In this document: in pieces, positions 50,128 through 63,993 of the stretch | Layout: each line of letters begins with the position of its first letter | Numbering within the stretch: position 1 is the first letter of the stretch | Source: Tubulanus polymorphus | Lineage: Eukaryota > Animalia > Nemertea | Length of the DNA: 64,000 bases | Reading direction: 5' to 3' | Assembly (NCBI RefSeq): GCF_964204645.1 | Contig: NC_134035.1 | Span: forward strand, 6,905,101 to 6,969,100 | Translations under genes and position numbers: made by a program | The notes under the pieces: generated by a model | What the model was told of the DNA's origin: nothing | The model's input: the letters and a program-made list of their open reading frames with translations, nothing else | The model's database searches: none

Positions 50128-53100
50128 TTACAAGAGGTTCTTGAATAACATAGCATAGTCCATTTTCTGACGCCTTTGTGCCATCGCTAGTCGATCACGA
50201 ACAATGTTGTGTGACGTAGTGAGGCGGTCAGAGAGGTCCATGCCATACTTAGTCCTTGGTTGGTGGTCCTCGGGCAAGCCTACGCTGATGTCGATTGGTA
50301 GTGACATTTCCTCGGCGTACATCAAGTAGAACGGCGTTTCAAGAGTGGAGTGCTGGACGCTTGAACGAAATGCCATCAAACACGCTGGTAGTTCCTCGTC
50401 CCAGTTTGTTCCACACTCATTGACGGCTGTAGTCAGCATGGCCTTCAGGGACTTATTGAAATTTTCCACCTGCCCATTGCCCATAGGATGGTAGGCAGTG
50501 GTTCTGGTCTTTTCAATAGCCAAGATCCTACACATCTCCATGAAAACTTTCGACTCGAAGTTCGTGCCTTTGTCCGAGTGGATGGATTCAGGGCAGCCGT
50601 AACGGGTGACCCACTCGTTCACAAGGGCACGTGCCACCACGGAGGCCTTTTCCGTGCGAATTGGCCATGCTTCGGGCCACTTAGTGAATGCATCTTGAGC
50701 CACTAGAATGTAGACATTGCCGCGGCGGGTTCTCGGTAATGGGCCCACGATGTCTATATGTACACGCTGGAAGCGTCGCCCTACCGGTGTAGACATCATT
50801 GGGGCTTTTGGTAGTTTGGACGGGGACTTGCACTCTTGGCAAGTTTTGCAGCCCCGAACAAAATCCCTGACCCTAGCTGAGAGGCCTAATACCCAGAATC
50901 TTTCCCTAATTTTGCACTCTGTCTTTTTGGTACCGAGATGTTTCCCGGCAAATCCCTGATGTATGACTCCTATGGTTCCATCAGTCAGTGAAATGGGTAG
51001 TACCACTCAGTGTCTCGTTGAGGTAGCCCCCGGAAGTGGTTTAAGCGCAAGAATGCCATCTAAAAGCTCTAGACGCTCAACCAGACTATAGAGGCTCCTC
51101 GCTGTTCTACCACACCGTTGTAGCCGTTTCTTGTCCTTGACCCCATCTCCGGCCAAGAACTCCCTAATTTCTGATATTTCGGGGTCATTTACTTGCGCCT
51201 CGATTATTTTGTTCCTGGACAAGCCAGTGGAGTGCGCTGTCAAATCGCCCTGATGTTTTGCAGTCACCTGGTATATAGATGGACCAGTGTCACCACAAGT
51301 TGGGCAGTCCCCATGTTTCCTCTGTCTCTTAGGGATGCGAGACAGGGCGTCTGCGTTCAAATGTTTGCTTCCAGCTCGATGTTCGATCACGAAATCATAT
51401 TCCGACAGGCGTTCAAGCCACCGAGCCACTTGGCCCTCAGGGTTTTTGAAGGTTTGTAGCCAGTTGAGTGCTGCGTGGTCTGTGCGAACTTTGAATTTCC
51501 TGCCTAGTAAATGGTGGCGGAAGTGATCAATCATGTCAACCAAGGCCAACATTTCGCGCCTGGTGGCACAATAGTTCTCCTCTCCACCTTTCAGCGTGCG
51601 GCTACTGTACTCGATCACTCTCTCAGAACCATCGTGTTGTAGTTGTGACAGCACCCCTCCGATAGCCCAGTTAGAGGCGTCACAGTCCAAAATGAACTCT
51701 CCAGCACCCTCCGAGAAATCTGGGAATGCCAGGATAGGGGAGCTGGTCAGCTTTTCTTTCAGTCCGTCAAACGCTAGTTGTTGCTTGAATGTCCAGACAA
51801 ATGGTTCATTTTTCCTCGTAAGGCGGTGTAGCGGGGCTGTCAAGTCGGCGAAATCCTTGATGAATTGCGAGTAATATGTCACAAGACCAAGGAAACTACG
51901 CAGTTCGGTAACTGACGTTGGGGTCGGCCAATCCCTGACTCTATCGCATTTGGCACCGTCGGTTTCGACACCGGCCTCGCTTACTACATGCCCCAAAAAC
52001 TTGAGGCACCGCTGGAAAAGCGAGCACTTCCTCGGTTTTAGCTTGAGACCGGCTTTCTGAAAGCAACGAAATACCTCTTGTAATCGCGTCAGATGGGTTG
52101 GTAGATCATGACTAAACACCACTACATCATCCAGGTAGATAAGGCATGTTTTCCATGCAACATCATCCACTACCATTGCCATCAGTCTGCTGAATGACGC
52201 CGGGGCATTACAGACTCCAAACGGCATGACATTCCACTCAAATAGATGGTTTTCAGTCGTGAATGCGGTCTTATGTTTGTCTGATTCCTTTATTGGGACC
52301 TGCCAGTATCCGCTAGTTAAATCGAGGGACGAGAACCAGGTTGCGCCCGATAAAGCCTCTAGGGTACTGTCTATTCGACCTAATGGGTGAGCGTCTTTGA
52401 CTGTTGCGTCATTGAGTCGGCGGTAATCGCAGCATAGACGCAGGGAACCATCGGCCTTTTTCGCTAGAACTATTGGGCTTGACCACGGGCTGGTGGATGG
52501 CCGGATCAAGTTGTGTTTTAAAAGCTCCTTGGTCGTACCCTCAACAAAAGCTCTCCTACCGGGGGGTAGCCGACGGGGATGTTGTTTTATCGGTGGGTGG
52601 TCACCGGTGTCAATCTCGAATTCAAGCGAATCTGTTCGACCAATGTCAAAGTCTCCCATCGAGAATACTGACTTTAGCTCCCGTATGATGTCAACAAGCT
52701 GTGTTTTCATGTCAGTGGGGATTTCAAGCTGGTCGATTTTCAATTCTCTCAAGAGGTCCTTGAATTCAGTATTGTCACCACCCTGCAGATGGATTTTTGG
52801 AGTTGACGGGTTTTGAGCATGGTCGTCGACAGTCATGATGTCAACTGACTGTAGGGGGCAGAATAGACCAATAGTCTGGCCCCTGTCGACTCTACAAGCC
52901 TCATCCGAGAAGTTAGCCAGCCGAACCGGTATCTGGTTTGCCTCCGGTACCACCAGTGTTTTCCCAGTGCAAAAATTATTCCGTCCACAGCTGCTGATCA
53001 TCCCTGAGGTCGAATTATTATGAGCATAACTCCGTTTCATGTATCCATTTACCACCACCTCGGATCCAGCTGGAATGATTTGGCTCTTACTGATGAACAC

Positions 53101-53919
53101 CCTGCAAGCGCTCGCGCGTTTGGGGCTCTGGCGGACAGGCACCTCGCTGAGGCTTCCGAAGCGGAGCACTTTGTTACGGTAATCTATGTTGCAGCCATAT
53201 TTCTCGAAGAAATCACTTCCAAGCAAGCAGTCTTGTGCCAAATCCTCACTGACGATCATGGGGACATGAAATTCTTCAGTTCCAACTCTCAGACATACAT
53301 CAGCTAATCCACGTAACTCCATTGGCTGACCGGTAGCCGTTGTCACGATTCCTTCGATTGGCCTCAGTGCAGCGGCTTCACCAGTCGGGCTGCTAGAGTC
53401 CCATACCAAACCTCTAATGATTGTGCAGGAGGCACCAGTGTCCAGGAGTACCACCGCTTTCGAATGGTCATTTACTACGGCATCACAGAAAAGGCCCGAG
53501 GCGTGGAGCCTCACTGTTCCGATGTTTGTAACTAAACTCGTCTGGGCTGGTTCTGTCCCTGTTGTTTGAACCTTGGTGTCGCGCAACTTGTGACAAGTGT
53601 TTTCCGTAGCCGGACTGGGAGCCTCACTGTTCTCCGAAGGGTCACGTCGATTTTCTTCTATACTTTGGGTATGTTGTGGTGGTCTAACAGTGATGGTTCT
53701 AGTAGGATGCGGACCATCAGTAGGTGTATCTCCACTAGAATCACATGCCGGGCCAGCAACCACATATCCATCTTGAGGTGTCGTTTGAATATGGTTTGAT
53801 GGTCTCGATATCATTTGAATATGGTTTGATGGTCTCACGGTGGTGGGGCTAGTATGATGGTAACCATCAATAGGTGCATCTCTACTTGCATCGCACGTTA
53901 GACCATTTGCCGTATTCAT
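50128..53919 (-). pseudogene. Gypsy pol (protease, RT, RNase H, integrase) with one in-frame TGA at 51007-51009 and an apparently truncated integrase C-terminus
   Basis: LLDTGAS, SPWSSPIV, DYRRLN, LDLTSGYWQV, MPFG, YLDD, DCDAS, TDHAAL, H....H/C..C, HIDIVGP, HSDKGTNF, GNGQVE. Confidence 0.95.
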
Positions 53920-53969
53920 CCGATTTTTCCTACGTCTTGCGGGGGGTATATACAGCGGTACAGGGGGGA

Positions 53970-55086
53970 CTATTTCCTGATGGGGTTTCCACTGCCCCCC
54001 TGAAAACCCCGCTTCTCGTTTCCCTGGTTTCCCTTAGGTAGGTGGCAGTTACTTGAATAGTGACCACTCCCCCCGCAATTATAGCATTTAACTTGTGGGC
54101 ACAAGTTTTTGGGGTGGTCTGCATCCCTGCAACGCCAACATTTGTCATCGGCGGGTGGTCGACGATTGCCATTACCAGAGACAACTGCTTCCAAAACTTA
54201 CTCGAGTCATCAGCGTTCCCATCATCGACTTCAATTCATCGAGTTGTTTGGTTATGGCTGAGCTAGTCGAGTTGAGCTGGGTCTGGTTAACGGATACTTT
54301 TTGTTTATGAGTCGTGCCCTCAGTCAACCGTCTCGCTGTTTCCAGAGTCCGTGCTTGAGCGACTGCTGCAGCCAACGAACTTGGCTGGGCCGCATACATT
54401 GACTGCTTCGCTGAGACGGGTAGGCTATTACCTTTAAGGAATTGGTCTTTGGCCAATTCATCCTGCAGCTCGAAGGCAATGCCAGGGTATGCGTTCCTTG
54501 CCAGCTCTGCTAACTCGTCGGCATAGCGTTCCACAGATTCAGTTGTCTTTTGGTCCCTCCCTTTCAACAACATCTTAAAGTCATCCACAGTCTTTGTTTG
54601 TTGGAAACGGGATGATAGCCGCCGACAGAAATCATCATACGACAGGCTCGAGTCGAGACGTAGGTTCGAGACAGCCTGGTATGCCTCATGGTCAAGTCGC
54701 ATCATCAGGTGTGATTTACGCTGTTCGCCCCCGTTGATGCGAGAACTAATCTGGGCCAGGTCAGCGAATGCGTCAAACCTTTCGAGCCAAACGCGGAAAT
54801 TGTGTCCCATGGTATAGGGCTTGGGTGCCGGAATATTGTGCATTTTCGGGGTGGGTGCATCTCTCGTCACGACCCTCTCCATCACTTCAGTCAGTCGCTG
54901 GAGGATGGAATCCTCAGATGTTTTCAAATTTTCGGCTTTTGTCTTCGTTGGACGGCCACGTTTTGGTTTTAACGAGAGGTTACCCTCCCCACTAACCAGG
55001 AGGTCATGATGTGCAGCTCCGGCCGTTGGTGACATCGGCCTAGATAAGGCCAAGGGCTCACACACATCCTTCTCAACATCCGACAT
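53970..55086 (-). pseudogene. Gypsy gag with two CCHC zinc knuckles, frameshifted near 54190
   Basis: Q...ESVERYADEL..LA..AYP, KDQFL.G; CWRC....H....C and CYNCGGSGHYSSNC. Confidence 0.88.
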
Positions 55087-55305
55087 AATTACTATTCTTT
55101 TATATAAATGACACAGAAAATACAGGACCGCAAATAAATGTAGGGGAAACAGGCACTTAAAAATACTAAATATGTACTAGGAATTACGAAGTAGGTAAAA
55201 AAATACGTTAAGTACATACAAAAAGTAACAGTAATTTACACAGACTAAACGGAGAAAAACGTGTTCACCGCTTCAACTCAATTTCAACTGGTTTTTTCAC
55301 AATCA

Positions 55306-55326
55306 AATCCCACTACGCTGCCACCA
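55306..55326 (-). promoter_or_regulatory. Primer-binding site, tRNA-Leu-like
   Basis: TGGTGGCAGCG lies 2 nt inside the 5' LTR. The plus strand AATCCCAC(TA)CGCTGCCACCA resembles the 3' end of eukaryotic tRNA-Leu. Confidence 0.75.
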
Positions 55327-55328
55327 GA

Positions 55329-55522
55329 TGTAACGAGGTCCTATTCTGCCTGTTCCACAGTAGAAGTTTCCTCCAAATATCGACTCTGAGAGCCCAAAAA
55401 CCAGTAAAAAGGCGGACAAAAGATATTAACACAATCACCTATTGTTCTGTATTTTTTTTTGAGAGAGGGCAGCACCCTCCAGTTACAACATAGAAAACGA
55501 CTGATGGACATATTCCATCACA
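55329..55522 (-). repeat. 5' LTR
   Basis: Direct repeat of 47968-48161. Confidence 0.95.
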
Positions 55523-57147
55523 GATCTTACGGCAATATGTAGGTTGGAGACAATGATTCTAGTGAAAACGATTAGCGAATCGAGCCAGGGTTCGCGGTAG
55601 AGGAAGGGGCCAGGTCAAAATCATGAATTTTGATATATTGGATTTTTGACCCCCCCCCTTTCTATCAAATCTTTTCCAAGACCTAATGGACCATATTTTT
55701 TCATAGCCATTAGGTATATCTATCTATATATAGGGAAAAATATTCATTCTGGGGACATTTTCTATTTTTCAAAACCATTTATTTCTCATTTTTTGCATAA
55801 TTTTCGCCAATTTCATAGAACATTTTTTGATGAAATTTAGATTGACAAGGTATATTTGACTATGATATTAGGCCTGGGTAAGGACATATAACCAGCTCCT
55901 CTCATGCGCTTAAGCAGCTAAGATGTGTTTCGAAAAACCGGTTCATCTTATATCACGTGACTAATACAGTTTTCTGCTTGTATCACGTGACTTATACAGT
56001 TTTCTGATACCCGGTTCAAAAGTTATGAACTAAATAAAATAAATAGTTTTCATCCGATTTACTCTAACTAAAATTCGGAGAAAAATGAGAATGATTAATA
56101 AGCATCGAACACTGTGCTGAAAATTCCATGTTGATGCCCGGCGTAGAATGCAATATTCACTGCGGAGCTGGGATGATAGCGCCCTCGTCTACTTACACAT
56201 GTAGCTCACCAAAATCAACGAAGCTGTTAATCTTAGTGACAGCGACATTGTATAAAGATGGCCGCTCACACCATAATTCTACCAATTTCGTTTCTAGATT
56301 TTCGGTCCAGCCTTCTGCCGTGCTGAAGGTTTGGTTTACGTTTTGAACTACTTGAATTTTAAAGTTAATGACTAATTACCAAGGACGCTAACTAGCGGTG
56401 ATAATTTGTACTATGTATATACGGTCACTCATTGGCTGGAACCCCTGCGCTCAGTTCCGTCGCGTCGCAGATGAGCTTATGTCGGCTGCGATCGAAAGCA
56501 ACTGCCCGCCTACCGTAGGCCGCAGTAGAACATGGGCAACTAGCCGGATACGGCTTGCGACGAGTCGGTAGGCGTCAGTAGGCGTCGCGTTGCCGTCGCA
56601 AGCCGGCTTATGTCGAACCGATTGAGGAGCAACTGACGGCCTCTCGTAGGCCGCTAGTTGCCGCTAATCGGCGATAAACCCAGTTGCGTCGGTAGGCGTT
56701 GCGTTGCTTGTCGACAAAAGCGAGCCTTTAGACAAAGGATAATCTGTTGATAGAAAAAGTTTTGTTTGAAAATATTTGAACTTAAAAATCAATTATGCAT
56801 ACGCCCGGGGTTAACTTGACGAAAAAAACGTTTGTATCATATGCAGATAAATTTTAAACAAGACTAATTTGCATTAAAAAACACCATGCTGGTGGACCAA
56901 CATAGTGAAATCGAACTCATGGTTCGGTGTGGTATTGTTCGCTATAATCCTGCCTCTGTACGGGAACGGTCACGATGACTTCTACCTCACACTGGCACTA
57001 CGGTATGATGAGGAGACGGTTACGTAACAAAGTTACTACGGATTGGCACGGCAACTACAAGGGAATGTACCTTTCAAAAACACCCCATTGAAGTTTGTTA
57101 CTTGTTCCTTATTCCTTGTTCCATTACTTATTAAGAATTCATCTCCG

Positions 57148-58882
57148 AATAAGGACAAGGAACCATTACTTGTTCCTTATTCAGATTTTGTCATTACTGG
57201 TTCAACTCTCGTTACCGGTTCAACTTTTTAATATTTTTTCGCCTCTATTATCACTAAAACTCCATAAATCGATTTGGCGTTATGGTTTTAGTATCGACGC
57301 ATAATCCGGTATTGATTAACTCCAAAAACACCAACAGACGACCTCTCACGACCTCCCCAGAGGGTTTTTCCTATTCAGAATTCACCTCCCAATAAGGAAC
57401 AAGGAACCGTTACCTGTTCCCGATTCAAATTTCTCACTACCGGTTCAACTTTCGTTACTGGTTCAACTTTTTTGATGTTTTTTTTGCCTACTTGGGACTT
57501 TAGTCCCAGCGGGCTATTGCGTTCACTTTTCGTCCGTTGTCCGTCGATAGACGGAATCCAGTTATTTTGGGAAGTTTTGAAGACGCTTCATGGTAATGTC
57601 TTGATATTTGGTTTATACATGTATCCTAGACACATCTTCAGCCCAAAAACTGGCCCTGTCAGATTCAAGATGGCCGACTGGCAGCCATTGTTGTTCGCCA
57701 AAATCAGCACTTTTTACACATTTTCGACGTTTTCGAGGGAAATTTTGAAGACGCTTTGATCAATTACCTTGATCTTTAGTTTATGTTTGAATCTTCCAAG
57801 GGCCCATCAGCATAAGAAAAATTGGGTCGATCTGACTCAAGATGACGTTTTTAGTGCCCAAAAATGTCAATTTTGGCCAGAATTCTAGGTCCTGTAGCTT
57901 CCTACTGGTTTGCCATTTCTCATTGCAATTTGTGATGGGTATTCTTTGGAAAGGGATGTTTTATACCTGAGACAGGTATTTTTGATCAGCCAATTATGAC
58001 GTACTCATTCGTAGGTGGGAAAAAGTTTTTCCACATTAAATTGATACCTAAGCATATTGTGTTACTATATTCAATTGATAAGTTGTAGCCCATAACGTGT
58101 TCTATGATTTTGGTGAGTTTCAAGGTCATTGGTTTTTGTATGTGGCCACCAGGGGGCGTTGAATAATACAATAACTTAGTATTTCTATATTATATTTGTA
58201 CCTATGCATGTTTTGTTACCACAATAAATTGCAAAGTTGTAGCTTATGACATCTTCCATGATTCTGTTGGGTTTTAAGGACATAAGTTATTGTATATGGT
58301 CACCAGGGGGCGTTGAATAGTAGAATAACTTAGTATTTCCTTATTAGATTGGTACCTAGGCATATTTTGTTACCATGATCCATTGCAAAGTTGTAGTTCA
58401 TGACATTTACTACGATTGTGGTGAGTTTTAAGGTTTTTTTATTGGGTTTTCCATATGGTCACCAGGGGGCATTGAATAGTAGAATAGCATAGTATTTCCA
58501 TATCAAATTGGTAACAAGGCATATTTTGTTATCACAATCAATTACAAAATCATAGCTGCTGACATGTACTATGATTGTGGTAGGTTTCTAGGTCATTTGT
58601 TTTGTATATGGTCACTAGGGGGCGTTATTTATTAAAATTGTTAGATTTTTGAGCATTTGAAACCACTTCCCAAGTGGGCATGGTGTCCCTGGACCCCTAG
58701 TTTTCGTGTCTATTATCACTTAAACACCATAAATCGATTCGGCATAATAGTTTTAGTATTCACATCCTCCAGTATCGATTACCTCCAAACAAACCGACAG
58801 GCAACCTCTCACGACCTGCCCAGAGGGTTGTTACCTATTCAAAATCCATACCTAAATAAGGAACAATGAACCATTACTTGTC
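57148..58882. repeat. About 243-bp tandem repeat (2+ units) split by a HINE-A insertion
   Basis: AATAAGGA(A)CAA(G/T)GAACC at about 57148, 57392 and 58855; unit 2 resumes after 58702. Confidence 0.7.
57483..58702 (+). mobile_element. HINE family A, full copy, four ~155-bp units
   Basis: Same termini as 11610-13192; inserted in a T run with no TSD. Confidence 0.85.
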
Positions 58883-59553
58883 TGAAATAGTAGATTTCAT
58901 TATCTGGTGATCTTGTCTTTGGATGGGTACCGTTTTGATAATGCAGACTGGTCGTCGCTTATGCTATGATTTGACCATTCATCATGATGGCTATTGCGGT
59001 TTACAGCTCGAGTAGTTTTCAGCAACCCGTCTTATCATTCCCATAATACTTTTGCAATAATGATGCAGCAGCACAGATGTTTAAGGCATTTTTTGAACCA
59101 TGGACTTTTAAGCATGTTTGAAGCTAAGTTACTATTCCTCAGTCAATCTTCACAAATATCTTGAAGGGTCAGTAAATATATTTGATAAACTTTTAATCGA
59201 CTTGAGGGTACTGTATAACCTCTCTATAGTCAACACTCGGGGTTCCGAAGAAATTGTACACTATAGAGAGGTGTTCACTAAATAGAGGAAGTCTCGGACT
59301 ACGATTACGATTACGATTACGAGTTATTTACACTCCAACCATTTCCATGGTATATGGAAGAAAACTATTACACATGTATATACAAATATTTACAAAACAA
59401 CACTGAAGTGATTAAAATTTAGAGAATGAAAACGTAACGAAATATATATATATATACATCAACTATTTACAATACTATATATACTATTATATACATCAAC
59501 TATTTACAATACTATATATACTATTGGAGGGATCTATATACATCTAAGCCGGT

Positions 59554-62500
59554 CTAAATGAATTTAGCTAAGTTGACCGTTGGGTTTTTCAGAATATCAA
59601 GGGTATTTAAGGTATTCAAATTCAAAAAGTTTTTGCGTTGTTCGTTAAGTAAGGTACAGTCAAACAGAAAATGGGATTCGTCACCTAAAGTATTACAAGT
59701 GGGGCATATTCTCTCGGCTCTGTCTAAATGAAGGCTTGAAAATTTGTTCACAGGTAAAATATAGGACCCCACCCTAAATTCAAATAAACTAGTTCCTAAG
59801 TCATCACCAAGTTCTATTATATACTTCTCTAACCTAATATCATTTTTATATTGCCTAAAGTTAGTGTATATCGGATTAGTATTTATGGCAGATACAGTTT
59901 CTTGAAGGTGCTGGTCACGGAGTATCTGTTTTATTCGTTTTGAAAAAGATTTACTGTTAGTCATGAATTGCTGCGTCCAAATGCAGGACAAACCACAGTC
60001 ATCAAACGTTTTCTTTATATATGATAACCAAGGGCTCTTAAATTTATCCCTTAAAAATAAATTGAAAGATATTTTATAGAGTATTGAATTAAGTTTGGTT
60101 TGCTTTCCAGATACTGTTTTAACCCAAAAGTTAAATAATCCTGCGTCTAACATCTATATTCAAAGGGTAACGTCCTAGCTCTGATAAAACTTGTAAGTTG
60201 CGAGAATATTTCGTCACTTTCATTAAGATTTTACAGAAGAAGCAATGAGTATTTTCTAATAAATCAAGATTCGTATCCCCAGATCTCACACCCATACATG
60301 GCTATTGGAGCAACACACGTATCAAATAATTTAAACATAACATCTATGGGCAATTTCAAATGTCTGCCTTTATGAACGATCGAAAACATAGCTCTCATAG
60401 CTTTATCGTAAAGATACTTTTTTGCCTTAGCAAAGTTACCATTCCAATTGAATTTTACTCCGAGATAAACATAATCTTCAACTACCTCTAACTCTTGATC
60501 ACCAAACATAAATTTCGAAATCGTTTTTATCCGGGATTTACTTCGCGCAAATACTAGTACTTTATTTTTCTCTGAGTTAACAGTGAGACCATTAGCCGCG
60601 CAATATTCAAATAAGGTATCTAAGTGTAGCTGAAGAGATTTCGCATCCTCAGCAAGAATAACTGTATCATCTGCGTATAGTATTATGAATAGATTCAGTA
60701 AAGTATCAATATCCTGATCACGATTCAAATTTAGTTTTTCTATAAATGACAAAGTCGGTTTTCCAAGATCAATGAAAAATTCTTCAATGTCGTTTAAGAA
60801 TAACGAAAAGAGGATAGGTGAGAGATTTTCGCCTTGTCTTAAGCCTCTATCAGCTGCAAAGTATTGTGACGTGCAACCATTTAATTTAACACATGATTTT
60901 ATGGAATTATACATATTTTTGACCACATTGAAAAAGTTTCCATTAACACTGTTAGCAATTAATTTTCGCCATAACGTTACCCTACAAATCGAGTCGAAAG
61001 CTTTCTTAAAATCAACAAAGGCGCAAAAAAGTCTTCTTCCCTGACAAAGATACAGCTCTACGATTGTTTTAAGCGTGTAAATATGATCAATGGTGGAATA
61101 TTTCGATCTAAAGCCAGCCTGGGCTTCACTTATAATGTGATTCGTATCTAGGAATGTTGACAATCTTTGATTTAGGGTACTTGTAAATAATTTACCAAGA
61201 CAGCTAACTAAGGTAATACCTCTATAATTATCAGGATTAGAGGGATCGCCATTCTTTTTGAAAATGGGTTTGATGACGCCTATAGACCACATCTCTAGAA
61301 CATATCCTGTTTTAAGAACTAAATTGAATAATTTTTGTAATATATCAACTAAAAACGGATACTGACTAACTCCCAACAGCTCATTCGTGATTCCATCAAT
61401 GCCTGGGGCCTTATTGTTTTTGAGTAAAGACATAGCCTTAATTACCTCATCACTGGTTATATCACTGTTCAAAATATAATTGTCATAGACAGGATGGTCA
61501 CCCACGTCTGGGGGCTCATCATCATCATCGTTTTCATTGTTAACATTATTCAAATCATTTAATCTCATAAAATGTTCAAGAAAAATATCAATATCTATAT
61601 TAGCCTCATTATTTTTTGTTCCGCTCGCAGAGTTTAGCATCGACCAATACTTTTTTGGGTTATTAATTTCGCATTCTCTCAATTCCTTAATAAATTCATC
61701 CTTTTGTGTCTTCTTATTTCCTCGGATGACCTTTTTATAGTTTTTAGACGAGTTCTTAAGGGATTCAAAATTGGAATGGGTAGGGCAACCCCTATATCTT
61801 TTTTTCATATAATTATATTTCTTCTGTGCATCTCTACAGTCCCTGCCAAACCATCTTTTGCGGACCGGTTTTTTGCAGTTATTACTTTTCCTACTTTTTC
61901 TATGGTACATCAAATTACACTCATCAGCACTTGATAATAAAGAAGATACAAATCTATCGGTAAGTCCATTAATGTCATCTGGCGATTGATTTCCTAGATC
62001 TTGCAACCCGTCCAACAGTAACTTATCTAAATCATTATCTCGTAATCTTGATTCTACATTCAGGAAAAATTGATTTGATCTAGTACTGTCACACCTAACT
62101 GAAGTGTTAAAGTTCGCGTGTTCATTACCCCTTTCATTATCGCTAGCAATGGTGTACCTAGAATTCGTATACACGCACAGATTAATAGGATTATGTCCAT
62201 CAGATAATAATGGGTCAAAAGGCATTATTTCAAAGTCCTCAACATAACCAAACAGTTCTAAATCACACACAAAATAATCGATGACACAAGTGTTCCTAAA
62301 AGTATAATTACCTGTCTGATCATTGCCACATCTGCCATTGAGGATAATTAGTGAATGGTTCTTACACAAATCTATTAGTTGATAGCCTGTATTATTCTTT
62401 CTTTTGTCCTGATTATTTCTAGTTGTGGGAACGCCTAAATTAATCAATGAGTCAACAATAGGGTCTAAGTTATCATCTTGAATTATCTGATTATCAGGTT

Positions 62501-62990
62501 CCAAAAAGTCTGGCATACAAGCGGTGTAAGCATTAAAGTCACCAGAAATTAACACATTGAAATCATACTCAACTTTCAATTGCAATAACTCTATTTCAAT
62601 TTCTCTGATAGCTATTTCTGAATAATAACGACTATTTTCTGGAGGAATATAAATTACACCTAAAAGTACATGTTTGTCGCGATTAAATAAATCTTTATCT
62701 AATAAATACCAAGATACAAACGCAGAGTCAGTCGAAATTGGTTTTATTTTATTTTTCATGAACTTCCTATATATGATACCGACGCCACCTGATCCTTTTT
62801 TTTGAAAACTTTTTCCTATTTTTAAAGTGCGCCATATGGGAGGCGGGCAAGCTACAACCTAAATTACCGTCTAAATCATCTAAGTGAGTTTCAGTTAGAC
62901 ATGTGATGTCATTATTGCTAATCAATTCACAGAATTCTGGGATATCGAGTTTAGCTATAAGGCCACATACATTCAGCGTAGAAAACTTTA
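59554..62990 (-). pseudogene. LINE ORF2 (AP endonuclease, RT, C-terminal CCHC), with a frameshift near 62800 and a stop at 60264
   Basis: LNVCGL, CLTETH, GDFNA, IDYF, SDGHNP, KAPGIDG, NYRGITL, DFKKAFD, GLRQGENLSP, YADD, YLGV, YGCEIWG, RICPTC...DESHFLFDC. Confidence 0.92.
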
Positions 62991-63315
62991 ATGATGATTT
63001 GATACAAGGAATTTCACTTATGTTTGCTGTACTAGTTACATTTTGCTTATTTAAATCAGAAGTGTTAACATTTCGCTTATTTACATCAGAAATGAAATTG
63101 TTAGGAGTTACATCAGGTACATGATTGTTACTATTTACATCAGGGTATGTATCTACCGTATGAGAATTTACATGCCAGCCAACGATATTTCTATTTACAT
63201 TTGGATAACTGTCACATAAATTTACACTATTTACAAATTCTATAACATAACAACAACTTCGAGATACAAGGACAGTCCGGTCTACGAATTGTACGCAAAG
63301 TCCCTCCGCTGGTTC

Positions 63316-63993
63316 CTAGTGGCTGTCCATCGGTACGCGGTCACGGTTTTCGCGGATAACGAGTTTGTCCCGTACAAAGAAAGCTTGTTTTCCGTTCGCT
63401 TTCGCGGCTCTCAGCTCGGGTAGCTTTTCGCGTCGTCTCGCCGTCCATTCCTCAGGCACCTGTTCATTCAGTCCTAAAGACGAGCCCGCGAGATTTTTCG
63501 CAACTGAACGTACCAGTTCACGATCTTTGAAGAATTTGAATTTTGCAACAATTGGGCGTGGTTTTTTCTGTTCGTTTTTCCTTCGTCCAAGGCGATGTGT
63601 TCGCGCGAATTTGAATGAGTCCACGGTCGTCTTCGGTAACTTAAGGTCTTTCTCGTAAAGGCCTTTAATTAAGTCCTCGGTATTCTCATTTTCGGATTCC
63701 TCGACGCCGTAAAAGATCAAATTATCGCGCATGCTACGCCATTGCTGATCTAGGAGTAGTTCATGGTCCGATTTGATAATTGCATCCTGATCAGCGACAA
63801 CTTTCTCTAAATCGCGAACTTTGCTTCTAAGTTGTTCGTTTTCACTCTTTAGTTGTAATACGTCCTGGTGGCAAAATTCAAGCGATTGTTTAACTTCGGT
63901 CATGTCCCTCTGCAAGTCGTCTAGAAGCTTTAATTTCGAAAGCTGGGAAAGAATCGCATCAAGTTTTGACGATATTCCATTGTCTGCTTCCAC
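63316..63993 (-). CDS. LINE ORF1 (coiled coil plus L1-type RRM/CTD), possibly 5'-incomplete
   Basis: Heptad region, then RDNLIFYGVEE, RTHRLG, PRPIVAKF..FKDRE, NEQVP. Confidence 0.85.
   Translation of the reverse strand: MEADNGISSKLDAILSQLSKLKLLDDLQRDMTEVKQSLEFCHQDVLQLKSENEQLRSKVRDLEKVVADQDAIIKSDHELLLDQQWRSMRDNLIFYGVEESENENTEDLIKGLYEKDLKLPKTTVDSFKFARTHRLGRRKNEQKKPRPIVAKFKFFKDRELVRSVAKNLAGSSLGLNEQVPEEWTARRREKLPELRAAKANGKQAFFVRDKLVIRENRDRVPMDSH

Larger units (their letters stand above)
47968..55522 (-). mobile_element. Full-length Ty3/Gypsy LTR retrotransposon with an extra ORF
   Basis: Two 194-bp TG...CA LTRs, GATC TSD (47964-47967 and 55523-55526), PBS, PPT, gag-pol-ORF3. Confidence 0.97.

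Noticed and set aside
50488-54310. Plus-strand ORFs overlapping Gypsy pol
   Set aside because: Antisense shadows of a long coding frame, with no motifs
56440-56730. GC-rich GTAGGCGT repeats as a structured ncRNA
   Set aside because: More likely sub-terminal repeats of a decayed DNA transposon; no family evidence
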